DNA from: Phaeosaccion multiseriatum
Taxonomy: Eukaryota; Protista; Ochrophyta, other classes
Length of the DNA: 64,000 bases
NCBI GenBank assembly: GCA_965112735.1
Contig: OZ218964.1
Coordinates: 1,178,001-1,242,000, forward strand
Direction: 5' to 3'
Made by a program: the position numbers and the translations under genes. Positions 39,169 through 51,333 of this stretch are shown here, piece after piece. The first letter of the stretch is position 1. Each line of letters opens with the position of its first letter. Under the pieces are notes generated by a model, which worked only from the letters and a program-made list of their open reading frames with translations, was not told the DNA's origin and ran no database searches.

Positions 39169-42100
39169 TCAGCCTACCGCCGCCTTCTCCTCGCCTGGCC
39201 TTGTTGGTTTCGCTTCCGCCGTTCCCCGCGCCATGCTTTGCACGTAGGTGGCCTGCTTCCTCAACTTGCAGAACTCTCGCTCCTTGTCCAAGAGCCAGCT
39301 GCGCTCCGGTGGTGGTAACAGGTGCGCCATTTTCTCAACGATCGCCTCCCGTCGCACAGGTTTATTTGAGAAGTCGTTACCGCCTGCCTCCGTACACTCC
39401 CGGATGGCCTCGGTTGAGCAATCCGCCGTGATGAAGATGATGGGCGTGTACTTGCAAGGGCCGTCGCCAGCTCTCAGCTCTCGAGCGGCGTCGATGCCGT
39501 CCATCACCGGCATGACCTTGTCCAGCAGGATAATAGAGAAGCGCTGCTGGCTGCATGTCTCCACCGCTTGAAGGCCGGTGCCCGCACACTCCACGACCAG
39601 ACCCAGCGAGCCCAGCAGCTTACTCAGCACCATCCGATTGGTCTTGTTATCATCCACCACCAGCACGCTGGGAGGGCGAGGAGGTGAGTCATCACTGTCG
39701 GTCGCTGACGAAAGCCTTCCCCGGGTAGTGATTCCTTCTCCTTCCCTCGAACTCACGCTCTTCGCTGACCCGATCTTAGCCGTGCCCTGTGTGCTCGATG
39801 GGAGGATGGCGTCTCCTTCCACTCGAAGACCATGGTCTCTCGTGTACACTCGCCGGTAGTCTACCGTAGCAGCCTCATTCTCGTTTTGGTGCGCGTTGTC
39901 CGCTGGAACTGCTCCCCCTACACTGCTGGCTTCGGGCCCGGGCCCGGCGGATGCCGGCTCGCGAAGCTTGCCTACCACGCTGAAGGTGCAGCAAAACTCT
40001 GACCCTTCGCCCAACACCGACGTGCAGGCCATATCTCCCCCCATTGCCTGCGCCAGGGCCCCAGATATGGCCAGCCCGAGACCAGTGCCCTGCACATTGG
40101 TGGTGGTGGCGCTGTCGTGCACCTGCACAAAGGGTTTGAACAGGCCCTCGACCGCGTCGGGTGCCATCCCGATGCCGGAGTCACGCGCAGTGAGAAGAAT
40201 CATCACCTCCTCCTCCCCATCCTCCGCCTCCTCTTCCTCCTCTGACTCCTTGCTGCTGCTCATCCGGACGGCGTCCAGAAAGACGTCGATAGAACCGTGC
40301 TTTGTGAACTTTGTGGCGTTACTGAGGAGGTTGTTGAACAGTTGTCGAATCCTCACGTCGTCGCCCACCACGCGCTCCCGTGGCACCTCGCCCCCCACCG
40401 TGAGACTCATGCTGGAGAGCGAAGAGGTGCCACTTGTATGAAGGATGGTCCATGCACTTTCCACCATCTCCACCGCGAGCGTGTCGAGGCGGAACGACCT
40501 CTTGCCAATCTCAATCTTGCCCGCCTCGATTTTGCTCATGTCGAGAATGTTGTTGACCAAGCTGAGCAAGGTGGTAGAGCACGAGTGTATCACATCGAGG
40601 TACGGCAGCACCGAATCGGGAAGGTCGACGCCTTCGAGCAGTTGGGCCATTCCCACGATGCCGTTCATGGGCGTTCGAATCTCGTGCGTAATAGAGCGGA
40701 GGAAGCACGACTTGGCAGAGGAGGCCTCTCTTGCGGCCGCTGCTTCTTGCTTCCTGGCCGCCTGGAGCATGAAATTGCGACGCTCCCAATAGCAGAGTAG
40801 CCCCAGCAGCACACAGCCCCCCGCCAGCACGACGTAGTACTCCTGCGGAAGACCTCGCTTCTCGAGGTGGCGGGGCACAGAGGGCGTTTGCACGTAAAAG
40901 GACGTTTCCGGGTCGAGCGTCTGCTCAAAGCCGAAAATCGTCGTTTCCGACCCCACACCCGGGCCCGAGAATGGCACCCCATGGATGGTCGTCCTCGACT
41001 CACGGTCGCTCGCGAGAAAGCCAATGTCTACTTGAGTGCCAGGGTACGTGGCCTGGAACTTTTGCAACGAGGATTGCTCCAGAACGGGCTCCACCCTGAT
41101 GAAAACGGCGACGGCCCCCATGCTGGCATCGCCTCCCACCCCCCCGGACCCGGACCCATGTACTGCTGCTGCAGATGACGACGACGAGCTGCTGACAAGC
41201 GACGGACCTCCTTTGACGGGCAGCAGCAACGAGAAAATCATTTCTCCTGTATCGCGAGCAGCAAATGGTGTTGAGTATGTGCTTTCTCCTGTGACTATGA
41301 GGCGCTCAATTGCTGGTCTTCGGGTGCTGTCGGCGAAGGTATCAAAGCCCACGAATGCATCGTTGCGTGGCTCGGCGTACATGACTGGCCAGTACTCCCC
41401 CTCGCTAAGATTCGCCCGAGGCACAAATCCTGCACGAGACGCCTCCGTGACGTAAATGTCTTGCCCGTACAAAGCAGACGCAGCCGCCTCGAACTCAGGC
41501 CGAGCTTCCGCAGGCACTCTCGGCAAGTAGACGATAGACCTTCCTTCCGATGTGGCTGGGGCGGTCAAGGCAGAGAATTGGGCCGCAGTCAAATTGCCGC
41601 CAGCACTACTGCCAGTGGCACCCAACATGATCCACAGCGCCTTACTGATGATTTCCATCTCACTGTGTGAAGACTTGAGCTGGTTGAAGACTGTGGTCTG
41701 AAGAAAGGCAACATCGGCTCTATAGGTGCCCATCTCCTCGCTCTCCACAGACTTGGCATATGCCACGGCGAACAAATGGGTCGCCAGCAAGCCCACACAC
41801 AACACGGCGAACAAGCGAAGGTGCCTCAATGCACTCTTGGAGGTGAGCAGCTGCCGGAAGTCCTGGCGTGTCGTCCTCTTGTTGCCCTGCCCCCCCACTT
41901 CTTTCACGTCCACAAGGGAGAATACTGCCACTTTCTTCCCCTCGCCGGCAGCAGGACCGGCTACTACGTTTCCTTCACCATTGCTGGTGGCGGAGGGGTA
42001 CAAGAGGTGACGTCGCTGCTTTCCCTGCGCCCATCCAGGGCCCACTTCCGTGGGTGCCGCGTTGAGCTGTGGCGGTGAACAAATCCGACCTCTTCCGTCC

Positions 42101-42387
42101 CGTGAAGTGTCATGAAAGGGGCGCTGGGGGCGCCACCGCCACCATTGTGCGTGATGAGGAGCAGTGCCTCCTACTTCTATTGTCAGGTGCTCAGCTGCTG
42201 TCGCCTCTACTGTTGCCTCCGTCCCATCATGTTGTTGGACATGGAGGGGCAGCACAGTGGCACCACTTTCGTGGAGGGGAAGCGCTCTCTCTCCTGGTGT
42301 GCAGCCCCTTTCGTTCCACCTTCGTCGTCCACCGATGACTGACTTCCAAGCCATCTTCGTCGGTAGTTCAAAGCAGTCCTCTCCCAT
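39169..42387 (-). CDS. Membrane-bound hybrid sensor histidine kinase: TM-CHASE-TM-HisKA-HATPase_c-REC, single exon
   Basis: 1072-aa uninterrupted ORF. CHASE-like YLPRVPAEARPEFE...YWPVMYAEP...GFD...RRPAIER between two TM helices; H-box THEIRTPMNG; N-box RQLFNNLLSNATKFT; G1 DSGIGM; F-box LFKPFVQ; G2 GTGLGL; receiver VLVVDDN...LLDKVMPVMDG...KP. The true start may lie downstream of 42387. Confidence 0.93.
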   Translation of the reverse strand: MGEDCFELPTKMAWKSVIGGRRRWNERGCTPGERALPLHESGATVLPLHVQQHDGTEATVEATAAEHLTIEVGGTAPHHAQWWRWRPQRPFHDTSRDGRGRICSPPQLNAAPTEVGPGWAQGKQRRHLLYPSATSNGEGNVVAGPAAGEGKKVAVFSLVDVKEVGGQGNKRTTRQDFRQLLTSKSALRHLRLFAVLCVGLLATHLFAVAYAKSVESEEMGTYRADVAFLQTTVFNQLKSSHSEMEIISKALWIMLGATGSSAGGNLTAAQFSALTAPATSEGRSIVYLPRVPAEARPEFEAAASALYGQDIYVTEASRAGFVPRANLSEGEYWPVMYAEPRNDAFVGFDTFADSTRRPAIERLIVTGESTYSTPFAARDTGEMIFSLLLPVKGGPSLVSSSSSSSAAAVHGSGSGGVGGDASMGAVAVFIRVEPVLEQSSLQKFQATYPGTQVDIGFLASDRESRTTIHGVPFSGPGVGSETTIFGFEQTLDPETSFYVQTPSVPRHLEKRGLPQEYYVVLAGGCVLLGLLCYWERRNFMLQAARKQEAAAAREASSAKSCFLRSITHEIRTPMNGIVGMAQLLEGVDLPDSVLPYLDVIHSCSTTLLSLVNNILDMSKIEAGKIEIGKRSFRLDTLAVEMVESAWTILHTSGTSSLSSMSLTVGGEVPRERVVGDDVRIRQLFNNLLSNATKFTKHGSIDVFLDAVRMSSSKESEEEEEAEDGEEEVMILLTARDSGIGMAPDAVEGLFKPFVQVHDSATTTNVQGTGLGLAISGALAQAMGGDMACTSVLGEGSEFCCTFSVVGKLREPASAGPGPEASSVGGAVPADNAHQNENEAATVDYRRVYTRDHGLRVEGDAILPSSTQGTAKIGSAKSVSSREGEGITTRGRLSSATDSDDSPPRPPSVLVVDDNKTNRMVLSKLLGSLGLVVECAGTGLQAVETCSQQRFSIILLDKVMPVMDGIDAARELRAGDGPCKYTPIIFITADCSTEAIRECTEAGGNDFSNKPVRREAIVEKMAHLLPPPERSWLLDKEREFCKLRKQATYVQSMARGTAEAKPTRPGEEKAAVG

Positions 42388-42809
42388 GTGGCCTGGACGA
42401 AGGAGGAGGGTTGAGTTGCTGTGTTAGACACTACAACAACAAAAAACAGAATTCAATTACGTTACAAAAAGCGGGTGAAGAGCAACCGTTGTGTTCCGCC
42501 GTTGAGTTTTCCCCAGCGTCCCAGCCGTGACATGTCCACATCATTCGTCGATGTGGGGGACGTGATATATCCCTCCAGCAAGGGTTAGGTACGAAAAAGA
42601 GTGATGAGCGGCCAAGGCGGGGGCCAGCCACTACCGGCCTCACCCTTCTGCGTTACTAGAACACGGCATAGCTAGAGAGTGGTGCTTCTGGTGACCTGCC
42701 GTACATAGTGTAGCTCTGCTGCTGCTGCTGCTGAAGCTCCTCCTCCATCGCAAGGACCCAGAATTAGAATGAAAGGACCCAGAGGGGTAAGAGGGAGTGA
42801 GTGAGTGAG

Positions 42810-43542
42810 TGACTGGCTGACTGACTGAGTGACTGAGTGACTGACTGACTGACTGACTGACTGACTGACTGACTGACTGACTGACTGACTGACTGACTGA
42901 CTGACTGACTGACTGACTGACTGACTGACTGACTGACTGACTGACTGACTGACTGACTGACTGACTGACTGACTGACTGACTGACTGACTGACTGACTGA
43001 CTGACTGACTGACTGACTGACTGACTGACTGACTGACTGACTGACTGACTGACTGACTGACTGACTGACTGACTGACTGACTGACTGACTGACTGACTGA
43101 CTGACTGACTGACTGACTGACTGACTGACTGACTGACTGACTGACTGACTGACTGACTGACTGACTGACTGACTGACTGACTGACTGACTGACTGACTGA
43201 CTGACTGACTGACTGACTGACTGACTGACTGACTGACTGACTGACTGACTGACTGACTGACTGACTGACTGACTGACTGACTGACTGACTGACTGACTGA
43301 CTGACTGACTGACTGACTGACTGACTGACTGACTGACTGACCGACCGACTGACTGACTGACTGACTGACTGACTGACTGACTGACTGACTGACTGACTGA
43401 CGGACTGACGGACTGACTGACCGACTGACTGACTGACTGACTGACTGATTTACTGACTGACTGACTGACTGACTGACTGACTGACTGACTGACTGACGGA
43501 CTGACTGACCGACTGACTGACTGACTGATTGACTTCGACTGA
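42810..43542. repeat. (GACT)n tetranucleotide array, ~730 bp
   Basis: About 180 units, perfect from ~42840 to ~43340, degenerate at both ends. Confidence 0.98.
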
Positions 43543-43875
43543 CGAGATCACTACCTCACCGACTGCCTGAGCGATGTCTTGCCGACTGACTGACTACTTG
43601 GTGTGTGTGTGGGGGGTGAGTGGGTGAGTGAGTGGATGAGTGAGTGCGTGGGTGGGTGGGTGTGAGTCTGTGGCTGTGTGGATTGTGGGGTGGGTGAGTG
43701 CGTGGGTGCATGTGTGTATGTGTGTGTGCGTGTGGGGGAAAATATGCTTTTTCTTTTACTTGCATGTGTAATTCCAAGTAAAATTAATTAATTAATTAAA
43801 ATGAAATTAGCTCGCCCCATTCACTTTGGGGCCGCACCGCATAACATGCGTACACACCGCGTCGCCTCTCCATTG

Positions 43876-43958
43876 GCTTTATTCTCAGCCGCCTCAGACC
43901 CCGTGCGCAGTGGCAAGGAAATTATTTAAAGTCGTATAGGCAGCGTCATTCAAGTCCG
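43876..43958 (-). promoter_or_regulatory. Candidate SECIS element in the thioredoxin reductase 3' UTR
   Basis: Minus strand reads ATGAC-GCTGCCT-atac-GACTTT-AAA...GGGGTC-tg-AGGCGGC-TGAG: AUGA/GA quartet (43949-43946 and 43887-43884), complementary stem, unpaired AAA. It lies ~550 nt after the stop and is followed by AATAAA. The quartet-to-AAA spacing is longer than canonical. Confidence 0.6.
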
Positions 43959-44426
43959 CTCATCGCCCACATCACCCCAACGGCACAGGGAGGGGGAAGC
44001 ATGTTGTGTGCCAATCAGAGGCACACAAAGCCACACACGCATCCCTTCCCTGCCTGTCGAAGGGCTTCGGGGCGCTACCGAGCTACGCCAATTTACACAA
44101 GCGTCGGTGGTTCGGATGTGCGTATGCATACGTATGCTTACGTACGTGATATGTTAACACGTGGAGGCACGGGAGGATGGCCGTATCTTGGTCTCCTTCC
44201 TTCCGCCCCCTCCATCCACGTTAACAACGCACACACACCCACACACACACCCACACACACACACCTGCAAGACTCGCAGGACCAATAAGCTAACAAAAAG
44301 GAGGGGGAATGGAAAGAAAGGGGCGTGAATGAGGTGTGTGTGGCTGTCGGCCTCTGGTTGCTGCTGAGCCATAGCTGCCGCTATGACTGGCCAGTAGCAT
44401 AACCCCAACCGAAACACATTGATATG

Positions 44427-44457
<31 letters not shown>

Positions 44458-44504
44458 CTCCCCCCCCGCTCGCCCCCCCTCCCTCTCAGCCCCTCGATCC
44501 TGCC

Positions 44505-47500
44505 CTAGCCTCAGCAACCTGTCCGCTCTATGCTCTCTCCTGACCGCTTTGTAACCGATACCGCAGTCACCTCCTCTGCCACCGTGGGGTGAATGCCCAC
44601 CACGTCCACCAAGTCGCCATATGAGAGGCCCAACTTCATGGCCAACGCGAAGGCCTGCGTCACTTCGCCGGCGTTGGGCCCCAGCAAGTGCACGCCCAGC
44701 ACTCGCTGTCGTTGTTGTCGTTGCTCTTGGCGTTGGTGCCGGTGTTGTTGTCGTCGCCACCCCTCGGGCCGCCCCCCCCTCTCCCGTCCAGCCCCCCCCT
44801 TCTTCTTCCCCTCCTCCACCTCCTCCTCCTCCTCCTCCTCCTCCTCCTCCTCCTCCTCCCCGTGCCTCTCGGTGACGACCTTCGCATAGCAGGCATTGTG
44901 GGGTCTTTCTGGGTTGAGCTGCCACTCTAAAGGCGTGAAGCACGAGTGATACACCTCAATACCGTCTGCGCCATACAGGGTCTCCGCTTCCTCCTGCGCT
45001 CCGGCGAGACAAACACGAGACGGGACGCCCATACACACGCACAAAGGCGAGAGAGGGAGGGAGCAAAGGACCTTCAGCAAGGCATCTTGAAACTGCCTAC
45101 AGGGCAACGCTGCTGAGAGTTGGGACTCCCGCCTAAATGGTATGTGTAGGAAGGAAGCGAAAGTAAGTACGCCTCTCCCTCCCTCCCTACGCCCACTTCC
45201 TTCCTCCCTCACTCCTCCCCTCCCCTTCACACCCATCCCTTCCTCCTCTCCTCTCCCCTCCCCTCCCCTCCCTCCATCCCTGTCCCTCCCTCCCTCCCTC
45301 CTCTCCCGTCTCACCTCGCTCAGGCCCACGCAGCCGTACTCCAGCGGCGTGAACACGGTCGTGGGCACACTCCACTCGTCCAGTGACTTGGTGCCGCCCC
45401 CGAACAGCCTCTTGGCCAGCAACTTGCCTGCCATGATCGCCACAGGAGTCAGCTCGTGCCCTCCCTCCACCACGTCACCAATGGCAAACACGCTTGGTGA
45501 AGATATGCTTTGTCCGCCGCGATGGCACTGAATCTTGCCCGCCGCACTCGTGTTTACATGGGCTCTGGCTAGTTGCAGCCTCGACGTTTCCGCCTGCCGC
45601 CCCGTGGCTACAAAGACCGTGTCAAACTCTTCCTCCTCCTCCACCACTTCCTCCTCCTCCTCGACCTCCACCACCACCTCCTCTACAGCAGCCCCACTTT
45701 CCAGCTCCACCAGGGGGCGGCGCTTTATGTCCTTCTTCTGTCTCCTCTGCCAGCCCACCCGAAGCCTTCCCGACGCCGGGTCCCTTCGAATGTAGCGAGG
45801 CACCGCCTGGCGAACAAACCGCGTGCCCTCTCCCTCCATGTACGCCCCGATCCGCTCCGCCGCTCCTTGGTCGAAGCCTCGTAGGAGAATGCTCCGCACC
45901 AGGACGCTCACCTACGGTGGTGTGGAGGGAAGGGAAGAGAAGAGAAGAGAAGACGGCAGCAACAACCAACAACGACAACGACAATGACAACAACCTATCA
46001 AAGACAAGCGTACTCTGTTAGCAATGCTTCCAGAAAATGAGTCAGCCTATATGCTCTCCCCTTTCGCTGCGTCCATCCATCCATCCATCTATCCATCTAT
46101 CCATCCCATCCATCTAGATATCTTGAATCGAACTAACGCAACATGTACGTACATCGAAGCCGAGTCCAGTCAAGAAGCCTGCACACTCCAACGCCACATA
46201 GGATCCCCCAATGCACAGCGTCTTGCCAGGGGGCTGGCGCAGAGAGAAGAGGTCATCTGAAGAGATGGCAAGCTCACCCCCCTCGCAGTCAAGCGCCTTG
46301 GGTCTGCCCCCGACGGCCACAACAATGTGTCTGGCGGTAATGGTACGCGGCTTGTCCTCTACAGGGTAGTCGCCCTCGTCTGCCCACCCCACTTCAATGG
46401 AGTGCGGGTCCAAAAAGCGACCCAGACTGTTGATGTAGTCCACCTTATTGGTGCGCAGGGAGGACGTGTAGCCAAAGTTGAGAGAGCGAATGTAGTTGGT
46501 GACTTCTGTGACAAGGTGGGTCCACTTGTGCTGCATCTTGTGCATCACACTGCCACTGCTGCTGCTGCTGCCGCCGCCGCCGCCACCATCATAGTCGTCA
46601 TCTTCGCTCTCATCATCCTGACCAGCCTCTCCATCAGCTTTAATCTGCCACCCAAAAGAGGGCCCATCTCGAGCAAAGCCCCCAAGTAGTGCGGCCTGAT
46701 GCATTAGCTTTTTGGGGATGCAGCCCACGTTCACACATGTACCTCCCAGGCCCCACGTGGAGCCCTGGGGGGATGGGTGGACAAAGTCCAGACACGCAAC
46801 CTTGGCGCCTAGGGCGGCGGCTTCTTTGCTGCAGGAGAGACCACCAGAGCCTCCTCCGATGACGATCAGATCGTAGTCGTACTCGTTGTGGTCGTCGGCC
46901 GCCTCCTCCTCCTCCTCCTCTCTTTGAGGTCGTGGTGGTGGTGGTGGTGGTGGTTGTTGCTGTTTCTCTGTCTTTTGCTTTTTCTGTTTCTTCTTACGCG
47001 ATTCGCCTCCCTTCGCAATTGCTGTCTTGACTTTTCGCTTCTTAGGCCGTTGCTCCCTGCTGTGCCCTCGCGTCACCCCCTCTCCCCCACCTCCACCTTG
47101 CTGCTGTGACTTCTCCCGAGAGCAGTCCAGCTGCCCCCCCCCCCCAGCAGCAGAGGAGAGGCAATCGGCATGAAGGGCTCGGGTGGATAGCACTCGACTC
47201 TGCAGGAAGTCCCTGAGCTCAGCTTGGGATGTGAGCGTCACCGACGGAGACGTCGCCGCGCTGCCACTAAATATGGAGATGTGCAAGTCCTTGTCGTCTT
47301 TGTCGCCTCCGCGCTTCTTGGTGGTCTTCTTTGTCCTTCTCAAGGAGAATCTATCGCGGCCATAAAGCTCTCGCAAGCCACGGACGATAGCGCGGGAGGC
47401 CTTTGCCTCTGCATCGTCCTTCCGCCCACAGACCTCCACCACAAGTCGGGGAGGGCTGAAGGGCGCGCGAGAAGCCTCACAAAAAGACCCCAGCACACAT

Positions 47501-47550
47501 ACCACACCGACGATCAGAAGAGCAGTTGCCCTCTCCCTGAAAAGCGTCAT
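44505..47550 (-). CDS. TXNRD: High-Mr thioredoxin reductase, selenoprotein; exons 47550-46153, 45911-45315, 44993-44505
   Basis: FAD-binding YDYDLIVIGGGSGG, redox centre GGTCVNVGCIPKK, GGSYVALECAG, TTVFTPLEYG, GIHPT. The C-terminus reads GGT TGC TGA GGC TAG = Gly-Cys-Sec-Gly-stop (TGA 44513-44511, TAG 44507-44505). Confidence 0.95.
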
Positions 47551-47819
47551 TGAATGGACATGAGGAAGGATCCGTGGCTAAATAAAGGGGCTCCCCCAGC
47601 TTGAGACTTAGCCAACTGTGAATCCAGATCCGGAGGACAACATACTTACTTCTCGATTACCTTAGATCGCACTTAAGTTTTATGTTTTATCCGCTCTGCA
47701 CCACCCGCTCCCTCATAGAGGAGAGGGTGAGGTACTAAACGCTGCAGCTGCTCCTATTTATGCTACCTCGCGCTCTGTCACGACAGGGGCAGGTGTTGCC
47801 TCTGACGCGGGCCCAATAA

Positions 47820-48867
47820 ATGAGGCTGTCCCGCGCCCTCGCCAGCGCTACCGCCGCAGTGTCTGCCTCTGCTGTGGCTTACGTTCCCTCCATGCCCTGG
47901 ACGATTACACCTCAGTTCGTGGAAAACGTGTCAGAGATTTTCGCAGACCATGCATCTTCTCGGCATCGACAGCAGCTCGTGGCGGCCTCTCCCCATAGAG
48001 ACGGGGAGCTACCTCTTTCTGGGGCATTTGGAGGACAATTGAGGCGGGCCGATGAGGCCATTGCTCGATGGGGCCTGAAGGAGCAAACTGCGGGGAGAGC
48101 CGCGGCTGTGATGGTGCCTTTGTGTAATAGACACGGAGTGGCGTCGATGCTCTTCACGCGGAGGTCAACGAATGTCAGTTCGCACAAAGGAGAGGTGCGT
48201 GGGCTGTAGGTGGGATGTGCTCGTCGACATGGCCAACATGGTTTGCCCCTGCCTCCTCTCTGCAAACAATGTTGTTTGATTGACACTGCATGGCTGCCCC
48301 ATCACAATCCATCCCCCATCACGCTGCCACGACTGCTACTGCTATACTGCTCGCCCACAGGTGTCCTTCCCGGGAGGGCATTGGGACCCTGGCGAGACGT
48401 GGACTCAAGTGGCGCTCCGAGAAACGTGGGAAGAGATTGGACTGACCGAAGATAAAATTCAGGTACTGGGCCAATGCGCAGCCGTGCCCGCAAAGTCCGG
48501 TAAGGGGGTGACTCCCATCTTGGGCTTCCTGCATCAAGACGTCAGAGACTTTGAGGACTTTCAGCTCAGTGCAGATGAGGTGGCAGCCGTGTTCACCATA
48601 CCTCTGCACCTACTCACAGATGGACAGAGTCTGCTCATGGGGGAGAAAGCGTTTGAGATGGAGGATTTGGGACCTCGGGGCGTGCTTCCTTTCTACGTGC
48701 ATCGAGAGGACAGGGGGGAGGGGGTGGAGGAGGAGGTGGGGGGAAAGAGTGGAGGAAGGGCGAGCAGCAGTGGAGGCACCAGTCACCGTGTGTGGGGTAT
48801 GACGGCATACATTGCCTCAGGAGTGCTCCACAATGTGGTACTCCCCGCCATGCAGATGGACAGATAG
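47820..48867 (+). CDS. NUDT8: Nudix hydrolase of the CoA-diphosphatase class (NUDT8/NUDT7/PCD1-like); exons 47820-48194, 48361-48867
   Basis: AAVMVPL...LFTRRS...HKGE|VSFPGG followed by Nudix box (GHWDPGETWTQVALRETWEEIG), EVAAVFTIPL and VWGMTA. Confidence 0.85.
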
Positions 48868-49067
48868 ATGGATAGATGGAGCTACCCTTGACGATGCTCT
48901 TGACGCAGCTGTACAGCAGTCTCCCCAGGACGGTGTCAGGCAGCCCGAGACCGTGAAGGAAGGAAGGAAGGAAGGAAGAAAGGAAGCGCAGCAAAGCATC
49001 GCTCTGTGAGAATGAGTGAGCGTGAGTTGTGAGAAGCCGTGAGCTCGCGCGCGCGCACACACACACA

Positions 49068-49107
<40 letters not shown>

Positions 49108-49849
49108 CATACACACACACCTGTACATACACACACCCACACACGGATGTAAACACGCAAACACACACAACACATACATACACACCCCTTCCCAACCCAC
49201 ACACACACGTTTGCCTCATACAGCTCCCAGAGCTTGGGCACAGAGGGTGGGGGTGAGAGGGGACTGCCGACTGCAGGTATTGAGGCAAAACAAGCTCGGC
49301 AAGCGGGCAGAGAGGATCAGTCCATCGGCATTCAATACCTTCGTTCTTGGGAAGGGTGAGGACTAGGCGTGGGATTAGGCTTGATGAGGTACCTGGAGGT
49401 TTAGGGTGACGGAATGGTTACGAAATGGGCTCGTCTTAATAGGATCAGGGAGAGAGAGAAAGGGGGATAAAAAAAGGAGACATCGATATTCCAAGGGGGG
49501 GGAATATCGAGGTCATCGAGTTTTTTTTTTCTCCTCCCTTCCTCTTCCCACGCTTTTCTCTTCTTTGAGAGGCAAACATTACATTAAAGAGGACGCAGAG
49601 AGAGCAGAGAGCAAGGAAGATTGTAAACGGTTGATGATAACCCCCAGAGCTGATCTTCCTTTCCTCGCTCGCACCTCAGAAGACTAGCCTTGGGCTTTAA
49701 CATAATCTCATCCTTCCTTGGCGAACTTGCTGCTCTCCCCTTCTCTCGGCGGCAATGAGAATCGACAAGGGGGGCATCCTGTGCCCTCTATTGGGAGAGT
49801 ACGAGTTGGTGGAGGAGCAGCATTAGTAGTAGCAACAGGGTGTGAAAGC

Positions 49850-50197
49850 ATGGAAAGCAGCAGCAACCCACCTGCACCTGCAGCGCCGTCTACAGACAGC
49901 TCAGCGCCGTATCCCAACAGCTCAACCCCGGCCAAAAAGCAAGAACGCCCTCCGCAAGTGCCTACGGCGAATGGAGAAGAAAAACGTAGTGCAGAGGCCG
50001 GTGTGGGAGCGGCAGCAGCTGCTTCTGGAGCTGTAGCAGCGGCAGTGGCAGCAGCCAAAGCCACGCCGCCTAGATCAAGTAGCAGCAGGAGCAGGACGGC
50101 GAGATCCTCACGTACCCACAGAGACACCGCACATGACATTAGCGAGATGGATACCGCGGGGGTTACTGGACTAGGAGGAGGAGGAGGAGGAGGAGGA

Positions 50198-50230
<33 letters not shown>

Positions 50231-51137
50231 GCAGCAGGTGGAGCAGGAGCAGGAGGAGGTGGGGGACGGTACACTCACTATAACCACAAGTCGTCGTCTC
50301 ATCTTGCTCGACGGGCGAGTACGGGGGCCTACGGATTCAGCTCTCCTGCAGGATGGGGGGGGGGGGGCAGGAGTAGGACGAACGGGAGGGGGGGGGCGGC
50401 GGGGGGGCATCAGGCTCGCTGGAGGAGCGGTGACATCTCGCCTCTTCTTAGCACCTCAGCTGGAGGCACTGGAGGAGGAGGAGGAGGGGGGGGGGGAGGG
50501 GGAGGGGCGGGGGAGGGCAGTAGTGGTGCATGGCCAGAGCCCGATCCGGAGAGCTACGCGGATGTGTGGGAGGAGCTTGACTACGTGGGCCACAACCTCA
50601 CCTCGGTCCTCAGCAACCCGAGGGAAAGCTGGGTGGACCACTTGTACGAGGTGGGTCGGTGGGTTGGTAATGCGCTTCGGTGTGTAGTGTGTGGGTGTGT
50701 GGGGTGGTGTCCTTGGGGTGTGGTGTGGGGTGGTGTCCTTCCCTCCCATCAGGGCGAGGAGCGGCCGCAGGTCAGGCAGAAGCGATGCCCTGTGTCTGTG
50801 TGTCTGTCAGCCATTCTTTTCCATTCATTCTCTTGTCAAGAATGGCCCCACAGTTGGCAGTAGAGCTGAACGTCGTGGTATATACGTATGTGTGGTATAT
50901 ATGTATATGTGGTATAAGTATATGTGGTATATATGTATATGTGCATGTCATGGGGTTGCTTGCGGGTGGGGTGTGCATGTGTGTGTGTGTGTGTGTGCGT
51001 GTGTGTGTGTGTGTGTGTGCATGTGTGTGTGCATGTGTCCATGTGTGTGTGTGCGTGTGTGTGTGTGCATGTATGTGCGTGTGCATGTGTGTGTGTGGGT
51101 GGGTGGGTGTGAGTGTGTGTGTGCATGTGTGTGTACA

Positions 51138-51191
<54 letters not shown>

Positions 51192-51301
51192 AGTGAGTGT
51201 GCATCGATGATGCCGTGTGTGTCATTATCCGCTTTTTTTTCCGTCCTGTCTGCATCCTCCTGTGACTGTTCGTTCATGCGTAGTTAACGTTCACACACAC
51301 G

Positions 51302-51333
<32 letters not shown>

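Noticed and set aside
42810-43542. (GACT)n as a telomeric or interstitial telomeric repeat
   Set aside because: The unit lacks the G-run of typical telomere repeats, and similar 4-mer SSRs fill many introns here.
48868-49700. ORFs rich in HT/CV dipeptides
   Set aside because: They are translations of (CA)n microsatellites in UTR or intergenic DNA.
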